Part shown: positions 19,318 to 29,268 of the stretch, piece after piece | Layout: the number at the start of each line of letters is the position of its first letter | Numbering within the stretch: position 1 is the first letter of the stretch | Origin: Candidatus Gottesmanbacteria bacterium | GTDB lineage: Bacteria > Patescibacteriota > Microgenomatia > UBA10105 > UBA927 | Direction: 5' to 3' | Assembly: GCA_023245355.1 (NCBI GenBank) | Contig: JAHFKN010000003.1 | Coordinates: 57,368-121,367, forward strand | DNA: 64,000 bases | The notes under the pieces: model-generated | What the model was told of the DNA's origin: nothing | Databases searched by the model: none | What the model saw: the letters and a program-made list of their open reading frames with translations, nothing else | Made by a program: the position numbers and the translations under genes

Positions 19318-21261
19318 TTAGGTGTGATGGGATCTCGTACGTAGTATACCATGAGTCGCGAGATAGGCGTGCTGGATGGCAGGATCGGAGTGGTCATCGG
19401 CAAGTTTGGGCATAAGACTCCGGAATTTTTTAAGATCCGTTCCGGCGGCGACCCCCTGTTCAATAACCTTGATGGAGGGAACCAATACCACCTCTCCTTG
19501 CGAGTTGTTTGCCGGTACGAAGCGGGGGAGCAGTGTTTCGGATTGTTCCAGCAGTGTACACATATCGCCCAGCGACCGGATGATGGATAAGCCGAGCCGG
19601 GAAACGCCGCCCATATGTTTTCCCCGGACCATCAGAATGGGTATCATATCGCCGACAAGAAAATACGGCCACAGATTAAAAAATTCACGTAAGTCATCAA
19701 ATGCCACGTTCGTTTCTTCCGTAGACATGGGCTTGTCGCCCGTGCGGTCCGTATCAAGTTTCATAACGACCGGAATCGGCGTACCGTCGTGACCCGGGCT
19801 CGAATGGAGGAGTACGGAATATCCGGTAAACATTTCGCTGGCACTCGGTCGGTCCAAGTCCCCCTGACCGAGGGCAATGAGGGGTTTAGAGCCGATTTCA
19901 TGGTCTCCGGTGGCCAGATAATGCTCGATATGGTGCATTCCCGGATGGTTACCTTTCTCTAGCGTGTCGAGCAAAAATGCGTATGCGACAACATGAAACA
20001 GATGATGGATTACACGCCGGTCGGCAGGAGCGTGGTCGTTAGCCGCAGCGTTTTTCCATGCGTGGAAATACTCGCGGACCATCGCGCGCACGGAAGAAGA
20101 TTTTTTAAGATACAGATTCCATAGTGTTTCCGTGACATCTACCAGGCGGGAGATGCCGGGTATCCAATTATTCTGTAAGTCGGCATAGGTCATCGCACCT
20201 CTGTGAAGCACGCCTGTGTGTTCGATGTCGCGATAGACGTTTTCGGAATGCGTCAGAAGGGAAAAAATGCGTTTTTCCTTGGCGAGTTTTATCAGGATTT
20301 CTTTTGTAAATCCTCCGGCAGCAATGACATGTGCATTGGAAAGCACGTCTATACGGTCAAGACCTGCATACAGGTTGCCGGTTTCTTTTTCATACACTTC
20401 AATCGGGCTTACGATGGTAATATCCCGCTTTAGCTGTGACAGCGCCTGACGCTGCGCAATTTTTTGCACGATTCCTGCATACAGGCCTTTATCGGGGGTT
20501 ATGACCGAAACACCGTGCCGCGGCAACGTCCGCCAGAGTTTTTGTACCGATTCCAGACGTTGTGGTGCGGATTTGTCCGACGGATATTCTGCGGCTAGGG
20601 CATCGATATGGTCGAAGATAAACGTCAGCGAAGGAATTTCGGCGTGCGCCTCTTCGTTCGCAAGCATTTGGCCGCGTCTGCCGCATGTCGTGTGTTCGAT
20701 TAACGGCTCGACAAGGATATGTTTTCCCTGTCTTCCGTAATGGATAAACCGTTTAATCAGCGCGCTGGCCGTCGGATAAAATCTGTGTTTGGAGGGAATA
20801 TACGCAAATTCTATGTCGCCTGCCAGTACCCGGCCGACGTTGGATATATCGATCCCCATAGCCTCTGCGGATATGCCTTTGTCGACGCAGACGAGTACCC
20901 CGAAGAGCGGTTTCGGTTGGCCGGGCGTATACCAAAGGGATTTGTCTTTTACCTGCAGGTGCTGGTAGGCGGGGTCACCAAGCTGCAATGCGCGGGTGTT
21001 GATCTGGAGGATAATTTCTTTGGTGAGCGTTGCAATCTCGTCTGCGCGTTTTGTGAAACTTTTCCGTAATGAGTCCAGATTTTGGGAAATACCAAGTGTG
21101 ACCGCCAGCTCTTTGGGGAATGCCATAGCCTGCAGGCCCTCCATATAGGTTCGGATTGCCTGTGCTATGACATCAGGCGAAACGCTGCCGTCGATGATTG
21201 TTTCTACCCGTGCGTTTGCATGATTTTTCATATCAATAAAAGACAATAATAGTGCATTCAT
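19318..21261 (-). CDS. large hypothetical protein with beta-carbonic-anhydrase-like metal motifs
   Basis: CVD...RVLAG...EHTTCG; C-terminal HIEHYLATGD...GTPIPVV. The ORF is secure; the function is inferred. Confidence 0.55.
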   Translation of the reverse strand: MNALLLSFIDMKNHANARVETIIDGSVSPDVIAQAIRTYMEGLQAMAFPKELAVTLGISQNLDSLRKSFTKRADEIATLTKEIILQINTRALQLGDPAYQHLQVKDKSLWYTPGQPKPLFGVLVCVDKGISAEAMGIDISNVGRVLAGDIEFAYIPSKHRFYPTASALIKRFIHYGRQGKHILVEPLIEHTTCGRRGQMLANEEAHAEIPSLTFIFDHIDALAAEYPSDKSAPQRLESVQKLWRTLPRHGVSVITPDKGLYAGIVQKIAQRQALSQLKRDITIVSPIEVYEKETGNLYAGLDRIDVLSNAHVIAAGGFTKEILIKLAKEKRIFSLLTHSENVYRDIEHTGVLHRGAMTYADLQNNWIPGISRLVDVTETLWNLYLKKSSSVRAMVREYFHAWKNAAANDHAPADRRVIHHLFHVVAYAFLLDTLEKGNHPGMHHIEHYLATGDHEIGSKPLIALGQGDLDRPSASEMFTGYSVLLHSSPGHDGTPIPVVMKLDTDRTGDKPMSTEETNVAFDDLREFFNLWPYFLVGDMIPILMVRGKHMGGVSRLGLSIIRSLGDMCTLLEQSETLLPRFVPANNSQGEVVLVPSIKVIEQGVAAGTDLKKFRSLMPKLADDHSDPAIQHAYLATHGILRTRSHHT

Positions 21262-21330
21262 ATGCCGCTGTCGATATTATCCTGATACGCATATCGGTGA
21301 TGTATTTGCTTTTTAAAATATTCTTGTATT

Positions 21331-21522
21331 ATGTCTTACAATATGTCGGCAGAACACGGGGGACATGGCAGTTCAGGAGGCATCTTTTTTATTGAGGGGG
21401 TTGCAGAGCCCTCGGAAGACGTGTGGAACAGTATTTTTGATATTTTTACGTTGTTTATCTTCGGGCTTTTTGCCATATTCGATACGCCGATAAAAAGCGA
21501 AACGCATAGCGGCGGACATTAG
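21331..21522 (+). CDS. small His/Gly-ended membrane peptide
   Basis: EHGGHG...one TM...HSGGH; its stop overlaps the stop of the convergent gene. Confidence 0.5.
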   Translation: MSYNMSAEHGGHGSSGGIFFIEGVAEPSEDVWNSIFDIFTLFIFGLFAIFDTPIKSETHSGGH

Positions 21523-22247
21523 CCGTTTAACATCTGCGGGAGTTTCCAGACATCGAAAATACTCGGTTTGAGCACGGTAATCCTTCTGATACCGATTTTT
21601 TTGTGGATAAGATTTTCGTAGGCATCGACGATATGGTTCCGGAATTTTGCCGTGTCGCGCCATGACAGATCAAGTTGTTTGGCATATACATCCGGCGCCC
21701 ATCCGTCGCAGTTGAAAGCGAATATGCCGTTAAGTCGCAATCCGTACGGATCCAAAGACATATTTTTATGCCAGTTGAGTACGGCGTGCGAATTCCTCGC
21801 ATGCTCACCGTAGTATGTTGATATTGTTCCGTTAAGCGCGCGGACACGCTCCAGCCGTTCATCTCCCCGCACGCGTTCCGGAGCCCCCACAAGACCGGGA
21901 TCGTGTTCTACGATGGCTGCATATGCGCATCCTTTGGCGCTGTAATGATGATGCGTATCCACATGGGCAGAAATCGGTATGCCGGCTGCAACTGTTGCGT
22001 CCCACGCTTCGTGTTCCCGCAAGCCGAGAATTTTCTTAAGTCCGTCTACTACTGAAAATGTCGCACCCGGGAGCTCTACGCCCCTCATAACGTCAGATTG
22101 GCGCTCGTCGACGCACCGCAGTTCCCAGGGTGATTCAGGATGAAGAAACAGCCGGAGCACCCGCCCGGGATTTGTCTGGAGCATTTCTGCTTCGGGTCTT
22201 GAAAGAAATCGATTCATACCTTTGTAGAAAAAAGGTATTATACTCAC
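21519..22247 (-). CDS. CdCA1/zeta-type carbonic-anhydrase-like protein
   Basis: LRCVDER, LPGA, SAHVD...KGCAY, Y.GEH: the Cys/His/Cys ligand pattern of CdCA repeats. Confidence 0.65.
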   Translation of the reverse strand: MSIIPFFYKGMNRFLSRPEAEMLQTNPGRVLRLFLHPESPWELRCVDERQSDVMRGVELPGATFSVVDGLKKILGLREHEAWDATVAAGIPISAHVDTHHHYSAKGCAYAAIVEHDPGLVGAPERVRGDERLERVRALNGTISTYYGEHARNSHAVLNWHKNMSLDPYGLRLNGIFAFNCDGWAPDVYAKQLDLSWRDTAKFRNHIVDAYENLIHKKIGIRRITVLKPSIFDVWKLPQMLNG

Positions 22248-22273
22248 GGAAAAATATACCGGTCAAGAGGTGC

Positions 22274-22924
22274 TTAGATGATGCCTGCAGTCCCGACGCC
22301 GGGCAACAGCAACGACAAAACGAAATTGATGACGGGGGAAATAACACGGCTTATCGGGGATGCACCTCCGAAAACCGGAAACACGAGAAACAGCAGAAAA
22401 ATCATGCCGTACGATTCCAGTTCCTGCCATTGCCGGGCATATTCTGCCGGCAGCAGTCCTCCGACAATTTTAAATCCGTCCAGCGGATGGATCGGTACGA
22501 GATTAAAAATTGCCAGGAATACGTTCATGATGATGATCGGCTGAATGATGATATACGCAACCATGGCATACGGACCGGAAAGAAACGCGCGGAGAATAAG
22601 CGATAATGCCGTGGCAAGCGCGATGTTTGATACGGGTCCGGCAAAGGAAATTATCGCCGCATCCCGCTGGGGATTCTTGAGATTGAACGGATCAAATACA
22701 ACCGGTTTGCCCCATCCGAATCTGGCAATAAGCAGCATCAGTGTGCCGAGCGGATCCAGATGAGCCAGGGGATTTAGCGTGAGGCGTCCCTGCAGGCGGG
22801 GCGTGGGGTCTCCCAGGCGGTCGGCTGCGAGTGCATGGGCAAATTCATGAACGGTTATAGCTACTACCAGCGCGATCAGCCAGGAAAAGAATCCAAATGG
22901 ATTATTGAAGAGTTCACCCAACAT
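22274..22924 (-). CDS. site-2 protease (M50)
   Basis: HEFAH, GDPTP..GRLTLNP, AGPVSN, FNLVPIHPLDG. Confidence 0.92.
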   Translation of the reverse strand: MLGELFNNPFGFFSWLIALVVAITVHEFAHALAADRLGDPTPRLQGRLTLNPLAHLDPLGTLMLLIARFGWGKPVVFDPFNLKNPQRDAAIISFAGPVSNIALATALSLILRAFLSGPYAMVAYIIIQPIIIMNVFLAIFNLVPIHPLDGFKIVGGLLPAEYARQWQELESYGMIFLLFLVFPVFGGASPISRVISPVINFVLSLLLPGVGTAGII

Positions 22925-22943
22925 ATGGTATAGTATAGCTTCT

Positions 22944-23201
22944 ATGGCACTCAAATGCGACATCTGTTCGAAACATTCCGTAGCTGGGGGAACCCATAAG
23001 CACCACCGCGGTGTTGCCGGCGGTCAGTGGAAACGACGGGCAACCCATACCAAGCGGACTATCGGTGTGAACATGCATTGGGTCACGATGCCGGTTGACG
23101 GCGTCATGACTCGTCTTCATGCGTGTGCAAGTTGTATCAAGCGCGTGAGGTTTGATATCAAGAAAAAAGCAGCTGCATCAGCTGCAGTAGCAACCGCGTA
23201 A
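22944..23201 (+). CDS. rpmB: 50S ribosomal protein L28
   Basis: KCDICSK...W.RRATHTKR...NMH...CASCIK. Confidence 0.88.
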   Translation: MALKCDICSKHSVAGGTHKHHRGVAGGQWKRRATHTKRTIGVNMHWVTMPVDGVMTRLHACASCIKRVRFDIKKKAAASAAVATA

Positions 23202-23220
23202 CAATGAGTAACGGCTGACG

Positions 23221-23517
23221 TTACTTCGGTTGGCAGAGGAATACCTGACATCCCCGGGCATCAGAACCCAGTTTCCACTCACCATTGCATTCCGATGACT
23301 GCGGAAGCTGTCCGTTAAATGCCGCCAGCGGATTGGGACAGGCGAGTCCCGCCCGGCTCCGGAGATCAAGCGCGACACCTTTCATGCTGGCAACTACGAC
23401 AACCAGAAGAAGGAACGCGAGAGTCAGGAATATGACAAAGTTCCATGAGCCCAAGTCTTTGCCCATCTTCGAAGATAGTGATGGTTTTGCTTGGATGCGG
23501 GATTTTTTTCTGGCCAT
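23221..23517 (-). CDS. single-TM protein with small Cys-rich exported domain
   Basis: AAGGAGG RBS, basic N-terminus, TM, DLRSRA motif, 4 Cys. Confidence 0.65.
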   Translation of the reverse strand: MARKKSRIQAKPSLSSKMGKDLGSWNFVIFLTLAFLLLVVVVASMKGVALDLRSRAGLACPNPLAAFNGQLPQSSECNGEWKLGSDARGCQVFLCQPK

Positions 23518-23629
23518 ATATATTTCCTCCTTGGAACTATATCCAGCGTAGAGAAATGCGTGAAATGTGTCAAGGGGGAAGCGGAGTAAAATATTGACTT
23601 TGAAAAGAGAGCCGTAGATAATATGCCTC

Positions 23630-23848
23630 ATGAAAAGAACAGCACCTAGAATTCGTAAAGAAAAAGGTACTGCCGGTCAGGATGAAACCGTTTTCGGTCT
23701 CTCACTACGACCATTACCTGTTGAAACATCGATGCGTTCGGGTGATCATCCGCTAAGACCGGTGCGGGAAGAAAAGAAAAAGAAAGATGAACGGACGGCA
23801 GTTTCCTTCCTTTCGTTGCCCCGGATCTGGGACATATTTGCAAGTTAA
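23630..23848 (+). CDS. hypothetical protein
   Basis: -10-like element directly before ATG; its stop overlaps the fmt stop. Confidence 0.4.
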   Translation: MKRTAPRIRKEKGTAGQDETVFGLSLRPLPVETSMRSGDHPLRPVREEKKKKDERTAVSFLSLPRIWDIFAS

Positions 23849-24795
23849 GGTAAAGGCGAAAGATAGGCCTCGGCAAACTGTTTCCACGAAACAGATTTTT
23901 TCCCTTCCAGCTGAACCTGGTCAATTGCCAGGATGTTATGGTCCAGGTGGAGCTCGAGAATTTTGAGCCGTAAGGGTTCCGTATTGTGTTGTGCGTGTAT
24001 TATCCTGGTCCATACTCCCGGCCACGGGTGTAGTGCGCGGTATTTCCGTTCTATCCTTTCGGCATCAGCGCCGGAGGACATGGCTGCAGCAATTGCCTCC
24101 CATGGTTCGAAACCGTCTTCCCGTGTAAATTTCCGTGCGTATTTGGGCTTTTCGCTTCCTATGTGCGAAACAGGACGGGTTGCTTTGAGTTTTCCCTGAA
24201 TAACGACAGGTAATATGCCGGCAAGCAGATCCGCACCTATGGCAAAAAGTTTTGTCCGGAGCGGGTCACTCGTGTCTTTTGGGGTGATCGGAATTTTTTC
24301 CTGGGCCAGGATCAGGCCCTGATCAAATGTCTCCGACAATGTAACGACCGAAACTCCCGTCTGATGGTCTCCTTCCATAATTGCCCACGGCACCGGATCG
24401 GCTCCTCTCCAATAGGGAAGAATGCTCGGGTGGACATTTATGCCGCCGAATTTAGCATCCCGGATTGTATTCCAGGGAATTTTAATACCGTAGGACGCAG
24501 ACACTAACAGGTCCGCCTGTACGGGTTGCAGCGTATCGATCACCTGCTGTTCGTTTCTATACAGCCATGGTTTTTCGGGGTTACTTTCAAATGTCAGGAC
24601 GGGAATCGTGTGTTTTTTGGCCCACAGCTCTACCGGGGTGGCCGTGACGGTGTGATTTCTGCCAATGGGTTTCGGGGGCTGGGTAACTACAGCAGCGACC
24701 GTGCAGCCATTGACAGTCATGAGTTTTTCCAGCACGAGAACGGAATCCGTCGTGGAACCGAAAAAAATGATGGTTGTAGGATGATTAGTCTTCAT
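23845..24795 (-). CDS. fmt: methionyl-tRNA formyltransferase
   Basis: IIFFGS, VVTQPPKP.GR, INVHPSILP.WRGADP, RALHPWPG. Confidence 0.95.
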   Translation of the reverse strand: MKTNHPTTIIFFGSTTDSVLVLEKLMTVNGCTVAAVVTQPPKPIGRNHTVTATPVELWAKKHTIPVLTFESNPEKPWLYRNEQQVIDTLQPVQADLLVSASYGIKIPWNTIRDAKFGGINVHPSILPYWRGADPVPWAIMEGDHQTGVSVVTLSETFDQGLILAQEKIPITPKDTSDPLRTKLFAIGADLLAGILPVVIQGKLKATRPVSHIGSEKPKYARKFTREDGFEPWEAIAAAMSSGADAERIERKYRALHPWPGVWTRIIHAQHNTEPLRLKILELHLDHNILAIDQVQLEGKKSVSWKQFAEAYLSPLP

Positions 24796-24985
24796 TGTCT
24801 GATTTTGTGACTCCGGTTCCTTTGATCGGGTTGCCGCCGTGCAACGCCTGTTGAATTTGTCTGTCAACTTCTTTCACGAGTGCGGTCATAGGTTTTCTGG
24901 TTTTTGCCTGCACCGTTAACATATCCGATTTTTTCTTGAACAGATGCGAGATGAATGATGTTTCTTTACTTTGTAAGTCATTCAT
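24785..24985 (-). CDS. hypothetical protein between def and fmt
   Basis: Tightly coupled to both neighbours. Confidence 0.5.
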   Translation of the reverse strand: MNDLQSKETSFISHLFKKKSDMLTVQAKTRKPMTALVKEVDRQIQQALHGGNPIKGTGVTKSDNED

Positions 24986-24986
24986 A

Positions 24987-25532
24987 TTACGGAAGCGGTA
25001 TTTCTTCCAGAAGTTCGTCGCCCTTTTCGTCTGTTGAGACCTGGAATAGTTTTTCCTGCTGTTCCAATACCCGTTGAGTAAAAAGAATACCGTTTACATG
25101 GTCCGTTTCGTGCTGGATGATCGTAGCCAGGAATCCTGAAAATTCTTCCTGATGTACGCAACCCGTTGCGTCCTGATACCGCAGGGTAAGCGAGGATGTG
25201 CGGCGGACTTTACCCCAGACGTTCGGTATGGACAGGCACCCTTCGAGTTTATTGCCGCGTTCAGGAACGCCGTCTGTCACTTCGTCGGATTTTTTGACAA
25301 TTTCCGGATTGATAAACACGCGGATTTTTGCCCGCTGGTTGGGTTTTGTGAGAAAAAGACGGATACTGACGCCAACCTGCGTTGCGGCTAAGCCGACACC
25401 TTTCGGGTTGACGGTTGCAAGCAGGGTTTCTTCCATTTCCGAGATGAGTTTTGCAAGTTTACCGTCAAATACGGTGACCGGGGATGCCGGGGTAGTGAGA
25501 ACAGAATTGGGAACATGCACGATAGGCTTCAT
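24987..25532 (-). CDS. def: peptide deformylase
   Basis: GVGLAATQVG, EGCLSIP, QHETDH. Confidence 0.97.
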   Translation of the reverse strand: MKPIVHVPNSVLTTPASPVTVFDGKLAKLISEMEETLLATVNPKGVGLAATQVGVSIRLFLTKPNQRAKIRVFINPEIVKKSDEVTDGVPERGNKLEGCLSIPNVWGKVRRTSSLTLRYQDATGCVHQEEFSGFLATIIQHETDHVNGILFTQRVLEQQEKLFQVSTDEKGDELLEEIPLP

Positions 25533-27778
25533 TTGACTTTCTCCGAAAAGTCCTTGTCATTGGGGTCGATATTCGTAAGATATTCCCTAAGGATTGCATT
25601 GGCTTCCGCAGGCTTTTTGGTTTCGGTGTAAAACACCCACAGCGCGTAATATGCGTCCCGGTATCCGGGTTTGAGCGATTTGGCTTTTTGTAGGTTTACG
25701 ATTGCCTGCGCTGAATCTCCTTCGCGACCCAACAGAATTGCAAGGTTATAGTAAATCTTCGGATCATTGGGAGAGAGCGACACGGCATATTTGAGTGTCT
25801 CTATGGCCTTTGCATTAAATGTCGGTTCAAGGGAGGAAAGCGTGTAGTATATTTTTGTCCGTGTTTTATAAAAATTGACATTTTTCGGAGACGTATTGAT
25901 TGCAGTAACACTTTCGCCGACAGAAAGAGCAGCCAGCTGGGCTGCCTGCGTGGCATTACTGCCTTCAAATGCGGCAACGGCAAGGGTGGCGTATGCGCTT
26001 CCGAGTTCATCGTGATAGGCAGGTTCGTTTTTATTGAGGCTGATAGCCTGAACAAATGCGGGGATTGCCTGACCGAATGAGCCGGACCGGACGAGGCGGT
26101 ATCCTTTGGCATACAGCGTATCTGCATACCAGAATGCCCCGATCCTCATGAGTAAGGAGATGCTGCCGATACAAAGAACCCAGATACTCCACCCCGGAAG
26201 ATTCATAGATTTTACATTGGTTCTGAGTTCCCGGCCGGAAAGCGCGACGCTGAATGCGGGGAACAGGAAAAGCACCAGTTGCATGACGACGACGGAAAAT
26301 CCGAAAAAGTTGGTAATCAGTACCGAAAACCATCCGGCAAACAATGCAGCCTGAAGAACGAATGTTGCAGCATCGTTCGATGCGGCGGTATTGTTGTTCT
26401 GCACCAGTTGTTTTCTGACAATTTTTATAAACCACCAGATGTAGGACGCGAGGAACAAAAGATAGCTACCGAGGCCGAATACCCCTGTAGTTGCCAGATA
26501 GTTGAGGTATTCGTTGTGCGCTTTATTATACAGGAAGTCCCATTCGCTTGTCTGGTTGTGGCCGACCGGCCGGTATTGGTAAAACGCGAATGCAAATGTT
26601 TCCGTACCGGTTCCGATGAGTTTTGTTTTCACTGTGCTTGCCCACGCGTTGATTGCCGCCTGCCACACGTATTTCCGGATCACGCCGGATTCCGTTCCTC
26701 CTACTTCAAGCGCCGGTCCCGTAGTTGCAGAGGGTGTCGCTTCTGCAGGTGCCGCCTGCTGCTTCGTGGTCAATGTGCGTACGGCGTTTTTCCACCCGGT
26801 GAATGTCACAAACCTGTCGATTGCCGGTGTTCCCGTGCCGTTTGCAAATACGATAAGAGCAAAAAGCAGGTGAAGGACAGCAACAGGTTTTACCTCCGGG
26901 AGGCGTTTAAGATGATCAAATGTTTTAACTCCGGTACCCGGTATAAGTGTAAGACACCAAAATACCGCGTCAGCGATGATAAATCCCAACAAGCCGGATC
27001 TGCTTCTGGTAAATAGCAGGACAGTAAACAGAAGGGTCGGCAGTACTGCATAGGCTGACATGAAAAACCAGCGGGTGCCGGTAGCTTTGTCCTGCTGCAT
27101 CCGTATGAGTCCAAGCGCCCAGGTGACGGGAATAAACGCGATGAGGTAGGCTGCCAGCCAGTTCGGTTGTCCGAGGGTGGAAAATACGCGGTTTTGGACG
27201 TCCTGTACCCATAGGTGTTTATCGATGCCCAGTCGCTCCAGCACGCCATAGAATGCGACTAAGGCAGCGGTAACCACCGCAGCCTTGAGAAGCGTAGGCA
27301 CAGACGTAAGGCGTAATGTGAGCACCGGCTTCTGTTTCAGCTTATTTTTTGCTGATTTGGCGGTTATCGGGGCCGTATCCCGTATTTCTTCCCTGTGTAT
27401 AAAGAGGTCTGCATTGTTTATGAATGCGTAGTAGAGCAGGACATACGAAATCACCGACCACAGCCCTCCGTTAAATCTGCTGTAGTACCCGAGCCAGCTT
27501 ACATGCGGATCAATCGAGAAAAGTGTGCTGACAAGCTGGGAAGTAGCAAAAAGCAGGATAGGGATGTCCAGGGGGGTGCGTTGTAAGCGGATTTCGCGCT
27601 GCCTGATCATTTTGACAAGCCAGCCCGTTGCCACAATCACGGTGATTCCGTACACCATCATCATTTTGTTGTACTCAAAGAGTTCGTAGTTCCAGGGGGT
27701 AAGAAGCAGGGGAACGAGGCTAAAAAGCAGGTAAAATCCTATTTTTATGCACGTGTTGCACAAGCTTATAAGCTTCAT
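25529..27778 (-). CDS. O-antigen ligase family protein with C-terminal TPRs
   Basis: STLGQPNW, TRSRSG, GTGTETF, KAHNEYL, then TPR helices. Confidence 0.88.
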   Translation of the reverse strand: MKLISLCNTCIKIGFYLLFSLVPLLLTPWNYELFEYNKMMMVYGITVIVATGWLVKMIRQREIRLQRTPLDIPILLFATSQLVSTLFSIDPHVSWLGYYSRFNGGLWSVISYVLLYYAFINNADLFIHREEIRDTAPITAKSAKNKLKQKPVLTLRLTSVPTLLKAAVVTAALVAFYGVLERLGIDKHLWVQDVQNRVFSTLGQPNWLAAYLIAFIPVTWALGLIRMQQDKATGTRWFFMSAYAVLPTLLFTVLLFTRSRSGLLGFIIADAVFWCLTLIPGTGVKTFDHLKRLPEVKPVAVLHLLFALIVFANGTGTPAIDRFVTFTGWKNAVRTLTTKQQAAPAEATPSATTGPALEVGGTESGVIRKYVWQAAINAWASTVKTKLIGTGTETFAFAFYQYRPVGHNQTSEWDFLYNKAHNEYLNYLATTGVFGLGSYLLFLASYIWWFIKIVRKQLVQNNNTAASNDAATFVLQAALFAGWFSVLITNFFGFSVVVMQLVLFLFPAFSVALSGRELRTNVKSMNLPGWSIWVLCIGSISLLMRIGAFWYADTLYAKGYRLVRSGSFGQAIPAFVQAISLNKNEPAYHDELGSAYATLAVAAFEGSNATQAAQLAALSVGESVTAINTSPKNVNFYKTRTKIYYTLSSLEPTFNAKAIETLKYAVSLSPNDPKIYYNLAILLGREGDSAQAIVNLQKAKSLKPGYRDAYYALWVFYTETKKPAEANAILREYLTNIDPNDKDFSEKVK

Positions 27779-27858
27779 GGCGGTAAGTATATCACGATTT
27801 TACGAAAAAATTGATCCGGCAAAGTATTTTTTCCGGGGCAGAAGTAGGGCTAATTAGC

Positions 27859-27888
27859 TTGACAAACATGGCCTTTTTATGTTATAGG
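27859..27888 (+). promoter_or_regulatory. sigma70-type promoter
   Basis: TTGACA at 27859 followed by TGTTATAGG (extended -10-like). Confidence 0.55.
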
Positions 27889-27899
27889 ATATGCTCCTG

Positions 27900-28990
27900 T
27901 CTATGAAAATTCAATATATCGCCGTTCCGCTGTCCTGCCGGCGAATCACGCGAGCCCTTAGCTGGGCTTCTTTGCGTTGGGTGCTTTGCGAGAGAATTCT
28001 TATTCTCGAGCTTAGCAGCCGAACGATCCCGCTGAAGCGCTCTTTGCGCCGTGTACGGATAGTACTGAAAAGGCGCAAAGCAAGCTTGTGCGGGAGGGTT
28101 GAGGGTAATTTTTGAGGTTGGTAAAGCTGGTTGAGGCTATTTGAGGCTGGCCCGCTGGGCGGGAGGACATGGAAAAACGTTGAAATATTAGGTTGATATT
28201 TGAGGCTAGGATTGTTGACTGGCTAGTTAACGATCCCGATCAGATCGGGAGAGTTTACGAGCCATCAATCCCGCTTCGCGGGACGGGAATTGAGATTCGA
28301 AGTTCGGGTAGCTAAGGAAAACATTGAAATAACAGGCTTGATGTTGAGGCTGGGATTGCGGGCTTTTGGACAGGGAGCCCGCAATTCTGGCCTAAATGAG
28401 GCTGGACCTTGCCCCTCCCTGTGAAGCAGGGCGAGGGTGAGGGTATTGTTCTGAGCTTAAGATGTGCCTGAGCAGCCTCCAATTGCGGAGGTATGTTTCC
28501 GGGTGTGTCTTTGAGCGCACATTAACAACTGAACGAAGGAAATAGATGAAGAGTTATAGATGAGTGGAGAGTGATTACGATTGAGTGAGCAACGCATGAT
28601 ACATGCTGCAATGCTGCTCATTTTTGGCAGGAAGTTTTTTACGTGCGTAGTTTCACAATAGAACTGAACAGAGGGAAGAATTGAAGCATTCTTTCTTGTG
28701 GTCAGTTCTATTGGGGAATTTAATGTAATGTAACAATTACCATCGATTGTTTTTTAATCGATATCGACTTTGGGGGAAATTTTAAGTCTAGTACTATCCC
28801 AACTCTGTATGTGTTTTTTTATAGACACTACAACCAAGTCACGCGGAATAAACACCGCAAACTCAAGATGTAATCCCGCAAGGGTCACATCTTAAACAAT
28901 TCCGTGTCAGCTCACGTTGGCATCGGAACTACCGCACAACCAATTCAGACAATCTTTACAGAACGTCTGTTGGAATCCAATTTATAGGAG
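27900..28990 (+). ncRNA. candidate ~1.1-kb structured leader or ncRNA
   Basis: No convincing ORF, many hairpins, TGAGG repeats and a boxA-like motif. Confidence 0.35.
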
Positions 28991-28997
28991 CCAGATC

Positions 28998-29213
28998 ATG
29001 GCGAAGCAAGGTAAGAAAGGCAAGCAAGACGAGCAAGTTGTTGAAGTACCCGCCGAAGAGCACGTGGAAGGTGATAAACCGACCAGACGACCCAAAAAGG
29101 TCCCTGCTCAAGGCAAGCGTTTCCGCAGCGGTCCCAGAGAACATCGGGAAAGCCGGAGAAGCGGATTTCATCACTTGCTGAATGAAGGCGAGGAGGACGA
29201 ACAACTCTCGTAG
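28998..29213 (+). CDS. small charged, likely disordered protein
   Basis: AGGAG RBS 8 nt upstream; K/R/E-rich. Confidence 0.7.
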   Translation: MAKQGKKGKQDEQVVEVPAEEHVEGDKPTRRPKKVPAQGKRFRSGPREHRESRRSGFHHLLNEGEEDEQLS

Positions 29214-29236
29214 AGATACTTCATTTGCTTGTTACC

Positions 29237-29268
29237 AGTCGGTCACTTATCGGTGACCGACTTTCTCC
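29237..29268 (+). terminator. hairpin, possible intrinsic terminator or attenuator
   Basis: AGTCGGTCAC/GTGACCGACT 10-bp stem with a weak U tail. Confidence 0.5.

Noticed and set aside
27891..28115. 74-aa ORF
   Set aside because: No RBS or motif, and it overlaps strong hairpins; probably spurious.
27900..28990. RNase P RNA, tmRNA or 23S/5S fragment
   Set aside because: No GAGGAAAGTCC motif, tRNA-Ala-like ends or conserved rRNA blocks seen on either strand by eye.
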